A DNA stretch of 64,000 nucleotides from Anaerohalosphaeraceae bacterium (GCA_963675525.2 CAXXSL010000001.1:32001-96000); one strand, 5' to 3'; positions 46,313 to 57,602 are shown, counted from the first letter of the stretch. Notes: generated by a model not told the origin, from the letters alone. Numbers and translations are program-made.

Positions 46313-47932
46313 ATGTCCTTTTTCGTTGAAAAATTGAGATTAATTGGTTTTATGCTGGTTGTCGCCGGACTGCTGGTGCTGTCGGGGTGTAAAAACCCGG
46401 ATGAATTTAAGCGGGAAGCTGACGCAGAGGTCTACAAAATATTGGACCAAAAGTGGCAGGATAAATTTGGCAATAAGGCTAATTATAAAGTAAACGATGA
46501 TCCAAACTCGCTTGAAGCGATAAAAATGATTCCACCGTCAGGGGTTCTCCGTCTGGCCGATGCGGTCGCGATAGCAACCCGATTTAGTCGCGATTATCAG
46601 AGCCAAAAAGAATCCCTCTATGAGTCTGCCCTTAGCCTGACATCGGTCCGTCACCAATACGCGCCGCAATGGTTCGGCACCATCGACGCTTCCTATAATT
46701 ATGACAACGGCATCGAAGACACGACACTGCTTACCGAGGGCGGCGTTGACCAGCAGATCCTTGTGGGAGACATGATGTTGATCAGTGCAAACCTGACAAC
46801 GGATTGGTTTCGTTACTTAACCGGTGATCCCCAGACATCACTGACATCGGTATTAAGTGCCACCTTATCCGCACCCCTCTGGGGGAGAGGTGCTGCTAAA
46901 GTGGCACGCGAAGAACTCACTCAGGCCGAACGCAGCGTATTGTATGATGTCAGGTCTTTCAATCGCTATCGTAAGAATTTTGTGGTATCGATCATATCGA
47001 ATTATTATCGTGTTTTACAGCAAAAAAACAGAGTTGAAATTCAGAAAGCAAGCTATAGCCGGCTCGTCGACTCGACCAACCAATTACGTATGGAAGTGGA
47101 GGTCGGAAAACGCCCGGCATACGATCTGGGGGAGGCGGAACAAAGATTGCTCACCGCCGAACAAAATGTGGTATCAGCCGTTCAAAGCTACGAACAAGCA
47201 CTCGATACGTATAAAATTACACTGGCTTTACCAACCGACATTGATGTCGCGTTGGATCCCAACGAATTAATTTTATTAGCGGATATTGGTGTCAGTCGGC
47301 CGGATTACTCGGATCAAGAGGCGGTCGAGATGGCCCTGGTCCAGCGATTGGACCTGGCTAATATCTGGGATGGACTGGATGACGCCGAAAGAAAATTGAT
47401 ACTGGCTGCCGAGGGATTGGGCCCGCAGGTGAATTTTGTTGCCTCAGCCGATGTGCAATCCTATGGGACAACCCCGGACACTCAGGTGACTCGGTTGCGA
47501 TTTCATGATGGCGCATACATGGCCGGTATTACGGCGGACCTGCCGCTGGATCGGACGAGTGAACGGAATGCCTACCGAAGAGCATTGATTGACGTGCAGC
47601 AGCAGCAGCGTAATTATGATGAACAGATTGACAGAGTTAAACTTCAGGTCAGGGATTCGTATCGAAATCTCGTACAGACCGCCGAGAGTTATCGGATTCA
47701 GAAGATTGGACTGGATTTGGCTGAAAAACGCGTGGAAGTTGAAAAACTTTCACTCCAATACGGCCGCGGAACCGTTCGGCTTCTGCTGGATTCGGAAGAT
47801 GCCCTGGTGCAGGCGCAGGACGATGTCATCGGGGCGTTAGTGGACCATATGATTGCTAAATTAAGTTTTTTCCGGGATGTCGGTATCCTGCGCGTACAAC
47901 CGGATGGAATGTGGGAACAGGCGAAACCATGA
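46313..47932 (+). CDS. TolC family outer membrane lipoprotein
   Basis: Lipobox LSGC; two OEP helical repeats; first gene of the MFP-ABC operon. Confidence 0.85.
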   Translation: MSFFVEKLRLIGFMLVVAGLLVLSGCKNPDEFKREADAEVYKILDQKWQDKFGNKANYKVNDDPNSLEAIKMIPPSGVLRLADAVAIATRFSRDYQSQKESLYESALSLTSVRHQYAPQWFGTIDASYNYDNGIEDTTLLTEGGVDQQILVGDMMLISANLTTDWFRYLTGDPQTSLTSVLSATLSAPLWGRGAAKVAREELTQAERSVLYDVRSFNRYRKNFVVSIISNYYRVLQQKNRVEIQKASYSRLVDSTNQLRMEVEVGKRPAYDLGEAEQRLLTAEQNVVSAVQSYEQALDTYKITLALPTDIDVALDPNELILLADIGVSRPDYSDQEAVEMALVQRLDLANIWDGLDDAERKLILAAEGLGPQVNFVASADVQSYGTTPDTQVTRLRFHDGAYMAGITADLPLDRTSERNAYRRALIDVQQQQRNYDEQIDRVKLQVRDSYRNLVQTAESYRIQKIGLDLAEKRVEVEKLSLQYGRGTVRLLLDSEDALVQAQDDVIGALVDHMIAKLSFFRDVGILRVQPDGMWEQAKP

Positions 47933-50028
47933 ATACAACTATAAATAAAAATTCTGTTATGTCGGATAAAAATGGAAAAAAGACCTTCCTGAACTTGCGC
48001 GGCAAACAAAAGGGACGTTGGATGATTCCGGCGCTGATCGGCGTGATCGTTGTCATATCCCTTTTATTGCTGACCACCCGAAGCGGAACTTCGGATGCCG
48101 CCGGCGAACAGACAGTAAAAGTTCGCCGCGGTGATTTGGTTGTCACCGTGACCGAAAGCGGCAGTATCCGCGCCAAGGATTCCATACAGTACAAATGCCG
48201 GGTCGAACGAAGGCGGGGTAGCGTTGATGTGACCATTCTGGACATTGTGCCCCCGGGGACCTATGTGACCCAGGAAGATGTCGATGCGGGAATGGTTCTG
48301 GTGGAGTTGGATTCCTCCAGTTTGAAGGACCAACTCCAGGAAGAAGAGATGGAACTGGCCGGCAATCAGGAAGATTTGACCGCGTCCAGGGAAGCTTATG
48401 ATATCCAGATGATCCAGAACGAAAGTGATGTTGCTACCGCCCAGCTTAAAATGCGTTTTGCATTGATGGATCTTGAGAAATATCTTGGCAAAGACCTGGC
48501 ACAACGGATGATCGCGGATATTAGCGATGCAGTCGACTTGACGGAGCATGTTACTCCGTTCCTGCTGCAGGTCAGAAATGAACCGAACCTGTTAGAAGGC
48601 TCTTCGGCCGGTCAGGATCTCAAAAAGCTGCGGGATGAGATCATTCTGGCAGAGGGCAATCTCAAAACCGCCGAGGACACACTGGCCGGTTCGGAGAGGC
48701 TGCATAGCGCAGAATACGTCTCTGACCTTGAGTTGGAAAGGGATCGGCTCAATGTTACCAGCCGGCAGTTTTCGCAGCAGAATTCCCGGGTGAATCTGGA
48801 TTTGTTCCTCGGTTATGATTTTCCCAAGAATGCCGAACAATATCTCAGTGACTATATCGAGGCGGGTCGTGAACTGGAACGGACTTTTGCCGAATGCCGC
48901 TCCCGACTGGCTCAGGCTCAGGCCCGGCTCAATAATGCCGAAGAAAGGTTCAGATCCCAGAGCAATTATGTCGCAGATCTTAAGCAGCAAATCGAATACT
49001 GCACGATCAAGGCTATCGCACCCGGCCTGGTGATATACGGCGAGGGCGGAAGTGGTGATGCGTTTCGGGCCATGCGTCGAGGTGGCGGCGGCGGCATTAT
49101 TGCCAAAGGCGAAGTGGTGTACGAAGGCCAGACCATTATCTCGATGCCGGATACGGCGGCGATGATTGCTGAGGTGAGCGTACATGAGACGGAGGTCGAC
49201 AAGGTCCGACCCGGCCAGCCGGTACAAATTGTCATGGATGCATTTCCCGATAAGATTCTGGAAGGTGAAGTTCTGGAGGTGGCTCCACTGCCCGATCAGC
49301 AGCGAGGCTGGATGAACCCCGACTTGAAGGTTTACCAGACACTGGTCAGCATCAATGGACAACACGACTTCCTGAGAACCCGCATGTCGTGTAAGGTTGA
49401 AATTCTTGTCAGAAGACTGAACGATGTTTTGTTGGTGCCCATTCAGGTCGTGGCCAATCGCGGCGGTCGTAAGGTTTGTTATGTGGACGCCTCGTCGGGA
49501 CCGCAGGAACGCGAGGTAATGACGGGAGCCTTTACGGACACACTGGTACAAATTCTCAGCGGCCTGAAAGTGGATGAAGAAATTCTGTTAAATCCTCCGT
49601 TGTTTGAAGAAACCTCCGGCCAGCCTGCATTTGAGCGGCAGCAGCAGGGGTGGGACAAGAATAGCGGAGCAGCCACGGAGACGAGTGACGATACGGCCCC
49701 GGCCGCTCCAACCACTCCGTCATCCAACCCTATGAGCGACCGATTTAAACAAATGGATAAAAACGGCGATGGGAAAATCAGTTTGTCGGATGAAGTACCT
49801 GAACAGGCAAAACAGTTTTTAGGGCGCTTAGATACTAACAGCGATGGATTTATTGACACGGAAGAAATGGCCAAAGCATCCGAACGAATGGGCGGCGGCC
49901 CCGGCGGTGAGCAAACAGGACGACCCAGACAACGTCCGGAAGGCGGCCAAAGACCACAGGGCGGCGACTCCGGCGGCGGCAGGAGACGAAACCGGCCCGC
50001 AGCGACGGAAGGAACATCGACTGATTAG
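47929..50028 (+). CDS. HlyD/MacA-type periplasmic adaptor with C-terminal EF-hands
   Basis: VRRGDLVVTV..SG, IKAIAPGLV and VHETEVDKVRPGQ motifs; DKNGDGKIS and DTNSDGFIDTEE. Confidence 0.87.
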   Translation: MNTTINKNSVMSDKNGKKTFLNLRGKQKGRWMIPALIGVIVVISLLLLTTRSGTSDAAGEQTVKVRRGDLVVTVTESGSIRAKDSIQYKCRVERRRGSVDVTILDIVPPGTYVTQEDVDAGMVLVELDSSSLKDQLQEEEMELAGNQEDLTASREAYDIQMIQNESDVATAQLKMRFALMDLEKYLGKDLAQRMIADISDAVDLTEHVTPFLLQVRNEPNLLEGSSAGQDLKKLRDEIILAEGNLKTAEDTLAGSERLHSAEYVSDLELERDRLNVTSRQFSQQNSRVNLDLFLGYDFPKNAEQYLSDYIEAGRELERTFAECRSRLAQAQARLNNAEERFRSQSNYVADLKQQIEYCTIKAIAPGLVIYGEGGSGDAFRAMRRGGGGGIIAKGEVVYEGQTIISMPDTAAMIAEVSVHETEVDKVRPGQPVQIVMDAFPDKILEGEVLEVAPLPDQQRGWMNPDLKVYQTLVSINGQHDFLRTRMSCKVEILVRRLNDVLLVPIQVVANRGGRKVCYVDASSGPQEREVMTGAFTDTLVQILSGLKVDEEILLNPPLFEETSGQPAFERQQQGWDKNSGAATETSDDTAPAAPTTPSSNPMSDRFKQMDKNGDGKISLSDEVPEQAKQFLGRLDTNSDGFIDTEEMAKASERMGGGPGGEQTGRPRQRPEGGQRPQGGDSGGGRRRNRPAATEGTSTD

Positions 50029-50046
50029 AATACCGGCAGGAAAAGC

Positions 50047-50778
50047 ATGAGTGATATGAATGATAACCCAAAGCCCTCCAACGGCGACGCTATCCTCGTC
50101 ATGGATAAATTGTGCAAGAATTATCAATTGGGAACGGTTGAACTGCGCGTGCTGCGAGAGATCGACATCACCATCAACAGCGGCGAATATGTGGCCATCA
50201 TGGGCCCCAGTGGCTCCGGCAAATCGACCCTGCTTAACATGATCGGCTGCCTGGACCGCCCGTCCGGCGGAAGCTATCACCTCGGCGGCCAGGATGTCTC
50301 CCAGCTCGAAGACGACGAACTGTCGGCCATTCGTGGTGCCCGCATCGGATTTGTTTTTCAATCGTTCAATCTCATCGCTCAACTGAACGTCATTGAAAAT
50401 ATCGAGATTCCAATGTTCTATCAGAGCTATGGCGAGGCCGAAAGTGCCGAGCGTGCCATGGAATTGGCAACGATGGTAGGGCTGGCCGACAGAATGAAAC
50501 ATCGCCCTGCAGAACTGTCCGGCGGCCAGCAGCAGCGTGTCGCCATTGCCCGCGCATTGGCCAATGATCCGCTGATTATTCTGGCCGATGAGCCGACCGG
50601 TAATCTGGATTCCGGCAGTGGTGCAGATATCCTCGGCATACTGGACCGCCTGCATGAAGAGGGAAAAACGCTTATCGTTGTTACACACGACGAGAATATC
50701 GCCACTCATGCCCAGCGCGTTATCCGCCTGTTCGACGGATGCATTGCAGAAGATACCTATAACTATCACAAAGGTTAA
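50047..50778 (+). CDS. MacB/LolD-type ABC ATP-binding protein
   Basis: [24 protein letters not shown] and [10 protein letters not shown] motifs. Confidence 0.94.
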   Translation: MSDMNDNPKPSNGDAILVMDKLCKNYQLGTVELRVLREIDITINSGEYVAIMGPSGSGKSTLLNMIGCLDRPSGGSYHLGGQDVSQLEDDELSAIRGARIGFVFQSFNLIAQLNVIENIEIPMFYQSYGEAESAERAMELATMVGLADRMKHRPAELSGGQQQRVAIARALANDPLIILADEPTGNLDSGSGADILGILDRLHEEGKTLIVVTHDENIATHAQRVIRLFDGCIAEDTYNYHKG

Positions 50779-50784
50779 AACAGA

Positions 50785-52086
50785 ATGTTTTTGTTTCGGT
50801 TTAAACGAACATTAAAACTTGGTGTCAAGAGCCTATGGATGCATCGCCTGCGGTCAACGCTGACCATGCTGGGCATCATCTTCGGCGTCTCGTCGGTCGT
50901 CGCCATGCTGGCGATCGGCGAAGGTGCCAGCCGCGACGCACAGGAAAAAATATCCCAGCTCGGCAGCCGCAACATCATCATCAAGACGGTCCCGCCGCCG
51001 GAAGACAAATCCTCCGTCGGTCAGCAACAGACCCTCAAGGAATACGGCCTCACCTATGCTGATGCCGAACGCTTTCGCGGCGCGATTCCCAACGTCCGTG
51101 TCCTGGTGCCGAACCGTCTGATTTCTGAACAAGCCCTGTATCGCAACAACCGCGTCTCCATTGAAGTTGTTGGAACGGTTCCCTGGTATACGGAGATTTC
51201 GTCATTACGAACCACCTATGGCCGTTTTATCACCAGCATCGACACCCATTACAAGCAGGCCGTATGCGTCATCGACGAACTGGTCCGCAAGGACTTGTTT
51301 TCCTTTGACGACCCTCTCGGGCAGATGGTCAAGATCGGTGGAGACTACTACCGTGTCATCGGCATCGTCACCGCAAAGAAAGCAACCACCTCTGCATCTC
51401 AAGTGCAGGGACAGCAAAATAGCAGCAAGGGCGGCTCCGGGGCAAACACGGGCAAAATCTATATCCCCCTGACCACGGCACGCACTCGCTTCGGTGAAAT
51501 GTCGGTCCAGATCGGCACCAGTGGTGCCACCCTGGAACGCGTCGAGTTGCAGGAGATCATCGTCCAGTCGCAGACGATTGACCAGGTGCTCTCCACCCGC
51601 CGCAGTGTCATGACGATATTGTCGCGCTTCCACAAGAAAAATGACTACGAGATCGTGGTTCCCCTCGAACTGATGCAGCGGGCCAAGGATGTGCAGCGCA
51701 TTTTCACCATCGTGCTTGGCTCGATTGCTGCGATTTCGCTGCTCGTGGGAGGCATCGGCATTATGAACATCATGATGGCCACCGTCAGCGAACGCACGCG
51801 CGAGATCGGCATCCGTCGCGCCCTGGGTGCCAGGAAAAGGGATATCGTCATGCAGTTTCTTTCGGAAACGCTTATCCTGACGTTGTGCGGCGGCATCCTG
51901 GGCATGGCCGTCGGATCGCTCGTTCCGGCCCTGGTCACCTACTTCGGCCAGATGCGCACCGTCATTACTCCCGGTTCGCTCATCATGGCATTCGGCATCA
52001 GTGCCGCGGTTGGAATTGCCTTTGGTATCTACCCGGCCTACCGCGCCGCCAACATGGATCCCATCGAATCCCTCCGCCACGAATAG
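50785..52086 (+). CDS. MacB/FtsX-type ABC permease
   Basis: LRSTLTMLGIIFGV, SLLVGGIGIMNIM, ERTREIGIRRALGA and DPIESLRHE motifs. Confidence 0.94.
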   Translation: MFLFRFKRTLKLGVKSLWMHRLRSTLTMLGIIFGVSSVVAMLAIGEGASRDAQEKISQLGSRNIIIKTVPPPEDKSSVGQQQTLKEYGLTYADAERFRGAIPNVRVLVPNRLISEQALYRNNRVSIEVVGTVPWYTEISSLRTTYGRFITSIDTHYKQAVCVIDELVRKDLFSFDDPLGQMVKIGGDYYRVIGIVTAKKATTSASQVQGQQNSSKGGSGANTGKIYIPLTTARTRFGEMSVQIGTSGATLERVELQEIIVQSQTIDQVLSTRRSVMTILSRFHKKNDYEIVVPLELMQRAKDVQRIFTIVLGSIAAISLLVGGIGIMNIMMATVSERTREIGIRRALGARKRDIVMQFLSETLILTLCGGILGMAVGSLVPALVTYFGQMRTVITPGSLIMAFGISAAVGIAFGIYPAYRAANMDPIESLRHE

Positions 52087-52154
52087 GCAAGAGCAGTAAG
52101 CATCTCAGGGTGTTTTTTTCGTAAAATGTGCATTACATGCTCATCTGGATGCCA

Positions 52155-52553
52155 TCAAAACGGCCACCAGAGATAAACGGTCGGTTCGTAGTATTGCCAC
52201 CCCCAGAGATTATACCACGCGGCCCAGGTCGACAGGGTAATCGCTACCAGCAGTATGATCCATGCGATGCGGCGCCAGTAAATCGCGACAATGATCCCGG
52301 CGAAAAATTTCCCGATGACACCGATGATCGGCCCCCAGACCGGTCCGGCGACCCTGGCGGCGAAACTGACAGCCGGGTGCAGCTCCGTTCCATCAGTTCC
52401 GTCACCCAGCATGAAATAAATCGTACTGAGGCCGTCGGCAAGAAGAGCGGTCAGGAACAGTATCAGAAGCAACCAATAGGTTTTCCAGAATCCTTCGGCG
52501 TTTTTTGCGAAGCGGTCTTTAGTTTGCTGCAGCATCGTCTTGGTCCCATTCAT
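52155..52553 (-). CDS. Small hypothetical membrane protein
   Basis: Three TM helices; D.LST...ELHP motif (DUF5658-like). Confidence 0.65.
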   Translation of the reverse strand: MNGTKTMLQQTKDRFAKNAEGFWKTYWLLLILFLTALLADGLSTIYFMLGDGTDGTELHPAVSFAARVAGPVWGPIIGVIGKFFAGIIVAIYWRRIAWIILLVAITLSTWAAWYNLWGWQYYEPTVYLWWPF

Positions 52554-53322
52554 AGGTATCAGGCATCATGTCATCATCATATTCATAGACGTCATTGAAA
52601 TCGCTGCCGTAATACGGAACCGTTTCGGGTTTGGCGCCGAACGGCAGCGTAAAGGTTCCGAGTATCCAAAATTTCAGCACAACCAGTATCAGCAAGTGCC
52701 CCGGGTAAAAATAACGATACAGATATTTATTCGGACGGGGGGCTTTGATGCCTTGAATAAACGGAACGCAGGCGGCCAGCAGTTGGCGAGGGTGCACGCC
52801 GGAGAGCATGACGTAAATAACCGTTGCCATCCAATACAATCCCCGCTGGAAGGTTTTATCCCGAAGCCAATAAAAGATCGCAAGCGTAGCATACAGATAC
52901 CACCCGTACGAAACCGGGATGCACATCATTAAAAATCCCGTAACGATTTTCAGCCAATGTCGCTGGTGCACGCCCTCGGCGGTCCACGCAAAGATCGCAA
53001 ACCCGAAAATGATATTCAGTTGCGGCAGCCGGAAAGAATACACATCGAACGATTGTTGGAACATATACATGTACTGAACTTGCGAAAGCAGTCCCAGCAG
53101 CAGCACCCGCTTGAGATGAAGTTGGTTTTTCTGAAGGGTGATCACAAACAGGATCGCATACAGCGGCATCCCCAGCCGCCCGACATACCGCAGCGGTTCG
53201 ATGTTGTATAAATACCAGATGTGATCCAGAAGCATGGTAATGATCGCCAGCCATTGCCAGGCGTTGCGAAGCCCCGGGTCCATCACGGCCGGTCGGTCTA
53301 TTTGAAGCGGTTGTTCAGCCAT
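52519..53322 (-). CDS. TraX family membrane protein
   Basis: LAIITMLLDH, GRLGMPLYA, NIIF and FYPGHL motifs. Confidence 0.82.
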   Translation of the reverse strand: MAEQPLQIDRPAVMDPGLRNAWQWLAIITMLLDHIWYLYNIEPLRYVGRLGMPLYAILFVITLQKNQLHLKRVLLLGLLSQVQYMYMFQQSFDVYSFRLPQLNIIFGFAIFAWTAEGVHQRHWLKIVTGFLMMCIPVSYGWYLYATLAIFYWLRDKTFQRGLYWMATVIYVMLSGVHPRQLLAACVPFIQGIKAPRPNKYLYRYFYPGHLLILVVLKFWILGTFTLPFGAKPETVPYYGSDFNDVYEYDDDMMPDTYEWDQDDAAAN

Positions 53323-53554
53323 GCTCTTTCCGAAGACCCTTTTTAATGTAACGATATTTTGAATTTTGGCTTTGAAGCAGATTCTAACGCAAACGTCAGG
53401 TTCATGGAAGCATTTTTATATCGAGATCGATTATTCTTATTCTTTTGAAACATCTCGAACTTCAAGCGATCACCGGCGGAATCGAAAGAATTCTTAGTTG
53501 ACGTGCGGGGGTGTCTGTGTTACTTTTAAATGGGCCTTAAGAGGGAGACAAAAA

Positions 53555-54733
53555 ATGAAGACAAATCAGGAACATTCGTCGGATATCACCCGCTGGCTTC
53601 AGTTGATCGGCGCCGAGGGTGTCGGTCCGACGCTGTTTAAACGTTTGTTGGAACAATTCGGCGACATCGAACGGGTGTTGGGCGCTTCGGCGGTGCAATT
53701 GACAAAGGTCGCCGGCATCGGCCAGAAGACCGCCGACCGTATACTAAGAACCCGCCGGGATTTTGACGCGCAAAAGGAACTCGCGCTGGCGGATAAACTG
53801 GGGGTCTGGGTCATACACCTCAATGACCGGCGATATCCGGCGGCTCTCAAGGCGATCTATGACCCGCCGCCGGTGTTGTATGTCAAAGGCACCTTAACGC
53901 GCGCCGATAATCTGGCACTGGCGATCGTGGGTAGCCGGCGGTGTACGCACTATGGGACCGAGCAGGCCAACCGGTTTTCGCACCTGCTTGCCTCGGCGGG
54001 TTTTACGGTTGCCAGCGGCCTGGCACGCGGGATCGATTCGGCGGCCCATCGCGGTGCGCTGGCGGCCAACGGTCGGACGATCGCCGTTCAGGGGTGCGGT
54101 CTGGCGACTGTTTTTCCGCCGGAGAACAAAAAACTGTTTGAGGAGATCGCCGAAAGCGGGGCGGTGATCAGTGAGCTGCCATTGACGTATGAACCGCTGG
54201 CCGAGAATTTTCCCGGCAGGAACCGTATCATTGCCGGACTGTCGATGGGAGTTTTGGTGATTGAGGCGGCTCCCCGCAGCGGTGCGCTGATCTCGGCGCA
54301 GGCGGCCCTTGACAACAACCGCGAAGTCATGGCCGTGCCCGGGCGGATCGATTCGGCCTGCAGCGTGGGCTGTCATCGGCTGATCAAGCAGGGAGCCCGG
54401 CTGATCGACAGTGTCGAGGAACTCATGGATGCGCTGGGACATATCGGCGGCGACCTGAAGGACCATGTCGGGGCCGCTGCCGTCGATGCCGATCGCAAAG
54501 CTCAGTCAGGCCTGTTTGACCTGACGCGCCTGAATCTAAGCACCGATGAACAGGCCATTATCGACCATCTGGACTGTGAACCAGTACATCTGGAGGACCT
54601 GATCGCCCAGACCCGATTGCCCGCTGGTGCGGTGCATTCGGCCCTGATCCATTTGCAGTTGAAAGGCCTGATCAAGCAGCTTCCCGGTAGCGTTTTTACC
54701 AAACGGAATGTATCAAATCCTGTACAGTCTTGA
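53555..54733 (+). CDS. dprA: DNA processing protein DprA
   Basis: YP..LK.IYDPP, AIVGSR, SGLARGID and FPGRNRIIAGLS motifs; C-terminal wHTH. Confidence 0.96.
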   Translation: MKTNQEHSSDITRWLQLIGAEGVGPTLFKRLLEQFGDIERVLGASAVQLTKVAGIGQKTADRILRTRRDFDAQKELALADKLGVWVIHLNDRRYPAALKAIYDPPPVLYVKGTLTRADNLALAIVGSRRCTHYGTEQANRFSHLLASAGFTVASGLARGIDSAAHRGALAANGRTIAVQGCGLATVFPPENKKLFEEIAESGAVISELPLTYEPLAENFPGRNRIIAGLSMGVLVIEAAPRSGALISAQAALDNNREVMAVPGRIDSACSVGCHRLIKQGARLIDSVEELMDALGHIGGDLKDHVGAAAVDADRKAQSGLFDLTRLNLSTDEQAIIDHLDCEPVHLEDLIAQTRLPAGAVHSALIHLQLKGLIKQLPGSVFTKRNVSNPVQS

Positions 54734-54956
54734 ATCTATCTGCTTTACCGGCTATTGGTTACGGACTTTTTCGGACAATCCCGATAAAATCCTAATTATT
54801 AATATCAGCCTGAACCGATTTAATATTGTACCGTAAAAATACCTATGAATTCATTGGCAATAGGAGATTTATTATCTATATTTTACATGGAACGGGCGAG
54901 AACTCTGCAGAGTTATAACAACAGTGAGAATTGGCAATTACGAGAGGAATATTAAC

Positions 54957-56744
54957 ATGAGTCCTAAACCGACAGTTGTGCATGTCACCCATGAAGCGAC
55001 AGGAAAGATCGGAGGCATCGGTGCCGTTCTGGAGGGAATGTTTACCAGCGGCGCCTACCAGAAGGAAGTTGACCGCACGATTTTGATCAGCCCGCTATTC
55101 TCTACCGAAGGCGATGTCAAAAGCCGTCTTGGTCAGGGCAGCGATGTTTTGTATTCGTCATTGGATAAACTCAGTCACAGCGGATACAAATCCAGTTTCC
55201 GTCGGATCGAGGAGCAGTTCAATGTCGATATTATTTACGGCCGCCGCGAGTTTGTCGATCCGATGAACGGCAACACCTACCGTCCGGAAATTCTGTTGAT
55301 CGATGTGACCCGTATGGACATCGGTCCGATGGATGCCTTCAAGGGGGCGTTGTTTAGCGAATACGGTATTCGAAGCGACCGCTATCAGAACCAGTGGGAC
55401 TACGAACAATGGGTTCGCCTGGGTCCCCCGGCGGTCGAGGTACTCAAGGCCATCGGCGCCGCCGAACAGAACAAACCGACGATCATCGTCGCACACGAAT
55501 ATATGGGCATGCCGACGGCACTGGCGGGCATTCTGGATCCGTACGATTTCAAGACGGTCTTTTATGCCCATGAAGTGGCGCCGGTCCGCCGGATCGTGGA
55601 AGGGCACACCGGCCATGATACGATGTTTTACAACGTGCTTCGCAAGGCGCACGAAAAAGAGCTTTATGTCAACGATGTCTTCGGGGACCAGAGCGATTTT
55701 TACAAGTTTGCGCTGGTTGACGCAGCGCGGCATTGCGACAATATCCTGGCGGTCGGCGACTGTGTGGTTGATGAGCTGCGGTTCCTGGCGCCGGAGTTTG
55801 AGCTGGCCGATATCGACCTGACGTACAACGGCATCCCGTTTTACCAGGTTGGTCTGGCGGAAAAATATGAATCCCGCGACAAGCTGCGCCACTATTGCAA
55901 GAATCTGCTCGGCTGGAAGCCGGATTTTATCTTCACACATGTAACGCGGCTGGTGCTCAGCAAAGGGCTCTGGCGTGACCTGCGTGTGCTGGAGCACATG
56001 GACGATGAATTCGCGACCATGAACCGCACGGGGGTGCTGCTGGTGTTGAGCACCGAAACGCATAAGCGGCGTGATAAAGATATCTATAATATGGAGGCGG
56101 CGTATAACTGGCCGGTGGCCCATCGTGAGGGCATGCCGGATCTGTCCAACGGCGAAGCGGTGTACTATGCGGGCGTTCAGGAGTTCAACGCCAAAAGCCG
56201 GAACATCAAAGTGGTCTTCATTAATCAGTTCGGGTTTACCCGCCAGGCCTGCGGTTCGCGGATGCCGGCGGATATGGAATTTATGGATATCCGCAAGGGC
56301 AGCGATGTCGAGTTCGGCCAGAGCATTTATGAACCGTTCGGTATCGCTCAACTGGAACCGCTGACGTTTGGCGGGCTGTGTGTCATGACCAATATCTGCG
56401 GATGTGCGGGGTTTGTCAAGGATGTCGCCGGCGTGCAGGCCGTGCCCAATGTGATTTTCGCCGACTATACGGACCTGAACGGTGACGGCGGCAAAGACAT
56501 CGAACAGATGTTGAAGATCGAGAAAAAATCACGTGACCAGATCGAGCATAAGATCAGCGAAAAGATCGCGCTGGAGATCTGTGCCCGGCTGCCGAAAAAT
56601 GATGATGAGTTCAACCGCATGCTGCAAAGCGGATACGAATTGGCCCGGCATATGGGCTGGGAGAGCGTTGTCGAGAACTATGTGCTGAAAAGTCTGCACA
56701 AGGCCGTCGGCAAAAAACATGCCAAGCAGCACGTGGCGGTGTGA
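54957..56744 (+). CDS. GT3-like (glycogen synthase-type) glycosyltransferase
   Basis: HEATGKIGGIGAV (KxGG), AHEYMG, YNGI and SIYEPFG motifs. Confidence 0.65.
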   Translation: MSPKPTVVHVTHEATGKIGGIGAVLEGMFTSGAYQKEVDRTILISPLFSTEGDVKSRLGQGSDVLYSSLDKLSHSGYKSSFRRIEEQFNVDIIYGRREFVDPMNGNTYRPEILLIDVTRMDIGPMDAFKGALFSEYGIRSDRYQNQWDYEQWVRLGPPAVEVLKAIGAAEQNKPTIIVAHEYMGMPTALAGILDPYDFKTVFYAHEVAPVRRIVEGHTGHDTMFYNVLRKAHEKELYVNDVFGDQSDFYKFALVDAARHCDNILAVGDCVVDELRFLAPEFELADIDLTYNGIPFYQVGLAEKYESRDKLRHYCKNLLGWKPDFIFTHVTRLVLSKGLWRDLRVLEHMDDEFATMNRTGVLLVLSTETHKRRDKDIYNMEAAYNWPVAHREGMPDLSNGEAVYYAGVQEFNAKSRNIKVVFINQFGFTRQACGSRMPADMEFMDIRKGSDVEFGQSIYEPFGIAQLEPLTFGGLCVMTNICGCAGFVKDVAGVQAVPNVIFADYTDLNGDGGKDIEQMLKIEKKSRDQIEHKISEKIALEICARLPKNDDEFNRMLQSGYELARHMGWESVVENYVLKSLHKAVGKKHAKQHVAV

Positions 56745-56789
56745 TCGAACGGCACTTGGTCGGCGTGGCCGGTGCCGCAACCAATTTCT

Positions 56790-56824
56790 GAAACGGGGAA
56801 CGTTGAAAAACGTTCCCTTTTTTC
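56790..56824 (+). terminator. Intrinsic terminator
   Basis: gggaacgtt-gaaa-aacgttccc followed by a T run. Confidence 0.8.
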
Positions 56825-56825
56825 A

Positions 56826-57225
56826 TGCGCCGGTCAGGTTAATCGTCCATCACCGCGAATGCGTTATTTCTTTCCCCATCAAGGACAACCTGTGCGTCGA
56901 GCCGGAGGCGATGGAGTTTACGATTACCGCGGGGCAGATCCAATTCGGAAAGTCGCTGTCGGCCGGACAACTAAACGCCGCACTGAACCCCGAAAAAACA
57001 CCGGCGCAAAGACTCACCAAAAAAGAACAAGCCAAAAAATTGATCTTAGAATTATTAAAACAAGGCCCCACCGAATCCGATAAACTAATAGCGGCAGTTG
57101 TCGCCAATGGTATCAGCGAAAAGACGATTCGGAATGCACGTAAAGAATTACGGGATGCTAAGAAGATTGATTGTGAGAATTTGAGTGGAGATGGTTATGA
57201 ATGGTTTTTAGTGGAACGGTTATAG
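56826..57225 (+). pseudogene. C-terminal remnant of an AAA_25/RepA-like mobile-element helicase
   Basis: KDNL...MEFTI and AKKLILELLKQGP.ES......NGISEKTIRNARKEL (wHTH); no ATPase domain. Confidence 0.55.
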
Positions 57226-57602
57226 AAAAGGGATACCTTACCTTTCTTGTCTTTCTTGCCAAGCAATACTTATTTTTAGCTTAATAATCAGGAAGGCAAG
57301 AAAAGCAAGGTTGGCAATGCTTCACCTTGAAAACTCAGGACTGAGGATTAAAGACTGGATCTCTTTGACATGTGAATAGAGAAAAAAGCCCTTTTCAGAC
57401 AAACTGCTGTCGGGTATAATTGTGCTCGGCTACGAGGCAGAAAATGCATTCGATTTCATATAACTGAGCGATATTCTAACGAAAAACGGCCTTAGTTGTG
57501 TTTTTTGAGTCGAAAAAAAACAACACAATGTGTTTTCGTAACTCTATTATATAGAATAAGATACAGATGTTAGTGTCTTTTTTTCTATAAATAACTTGAG
57601 TT

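Noticed and set aside
52519..54733. traX plus dprA as part of a conjugative element
   Set aside because: No relaxase, T4SS or att sites; both occur commonly as stand-alone chromosomal genes.
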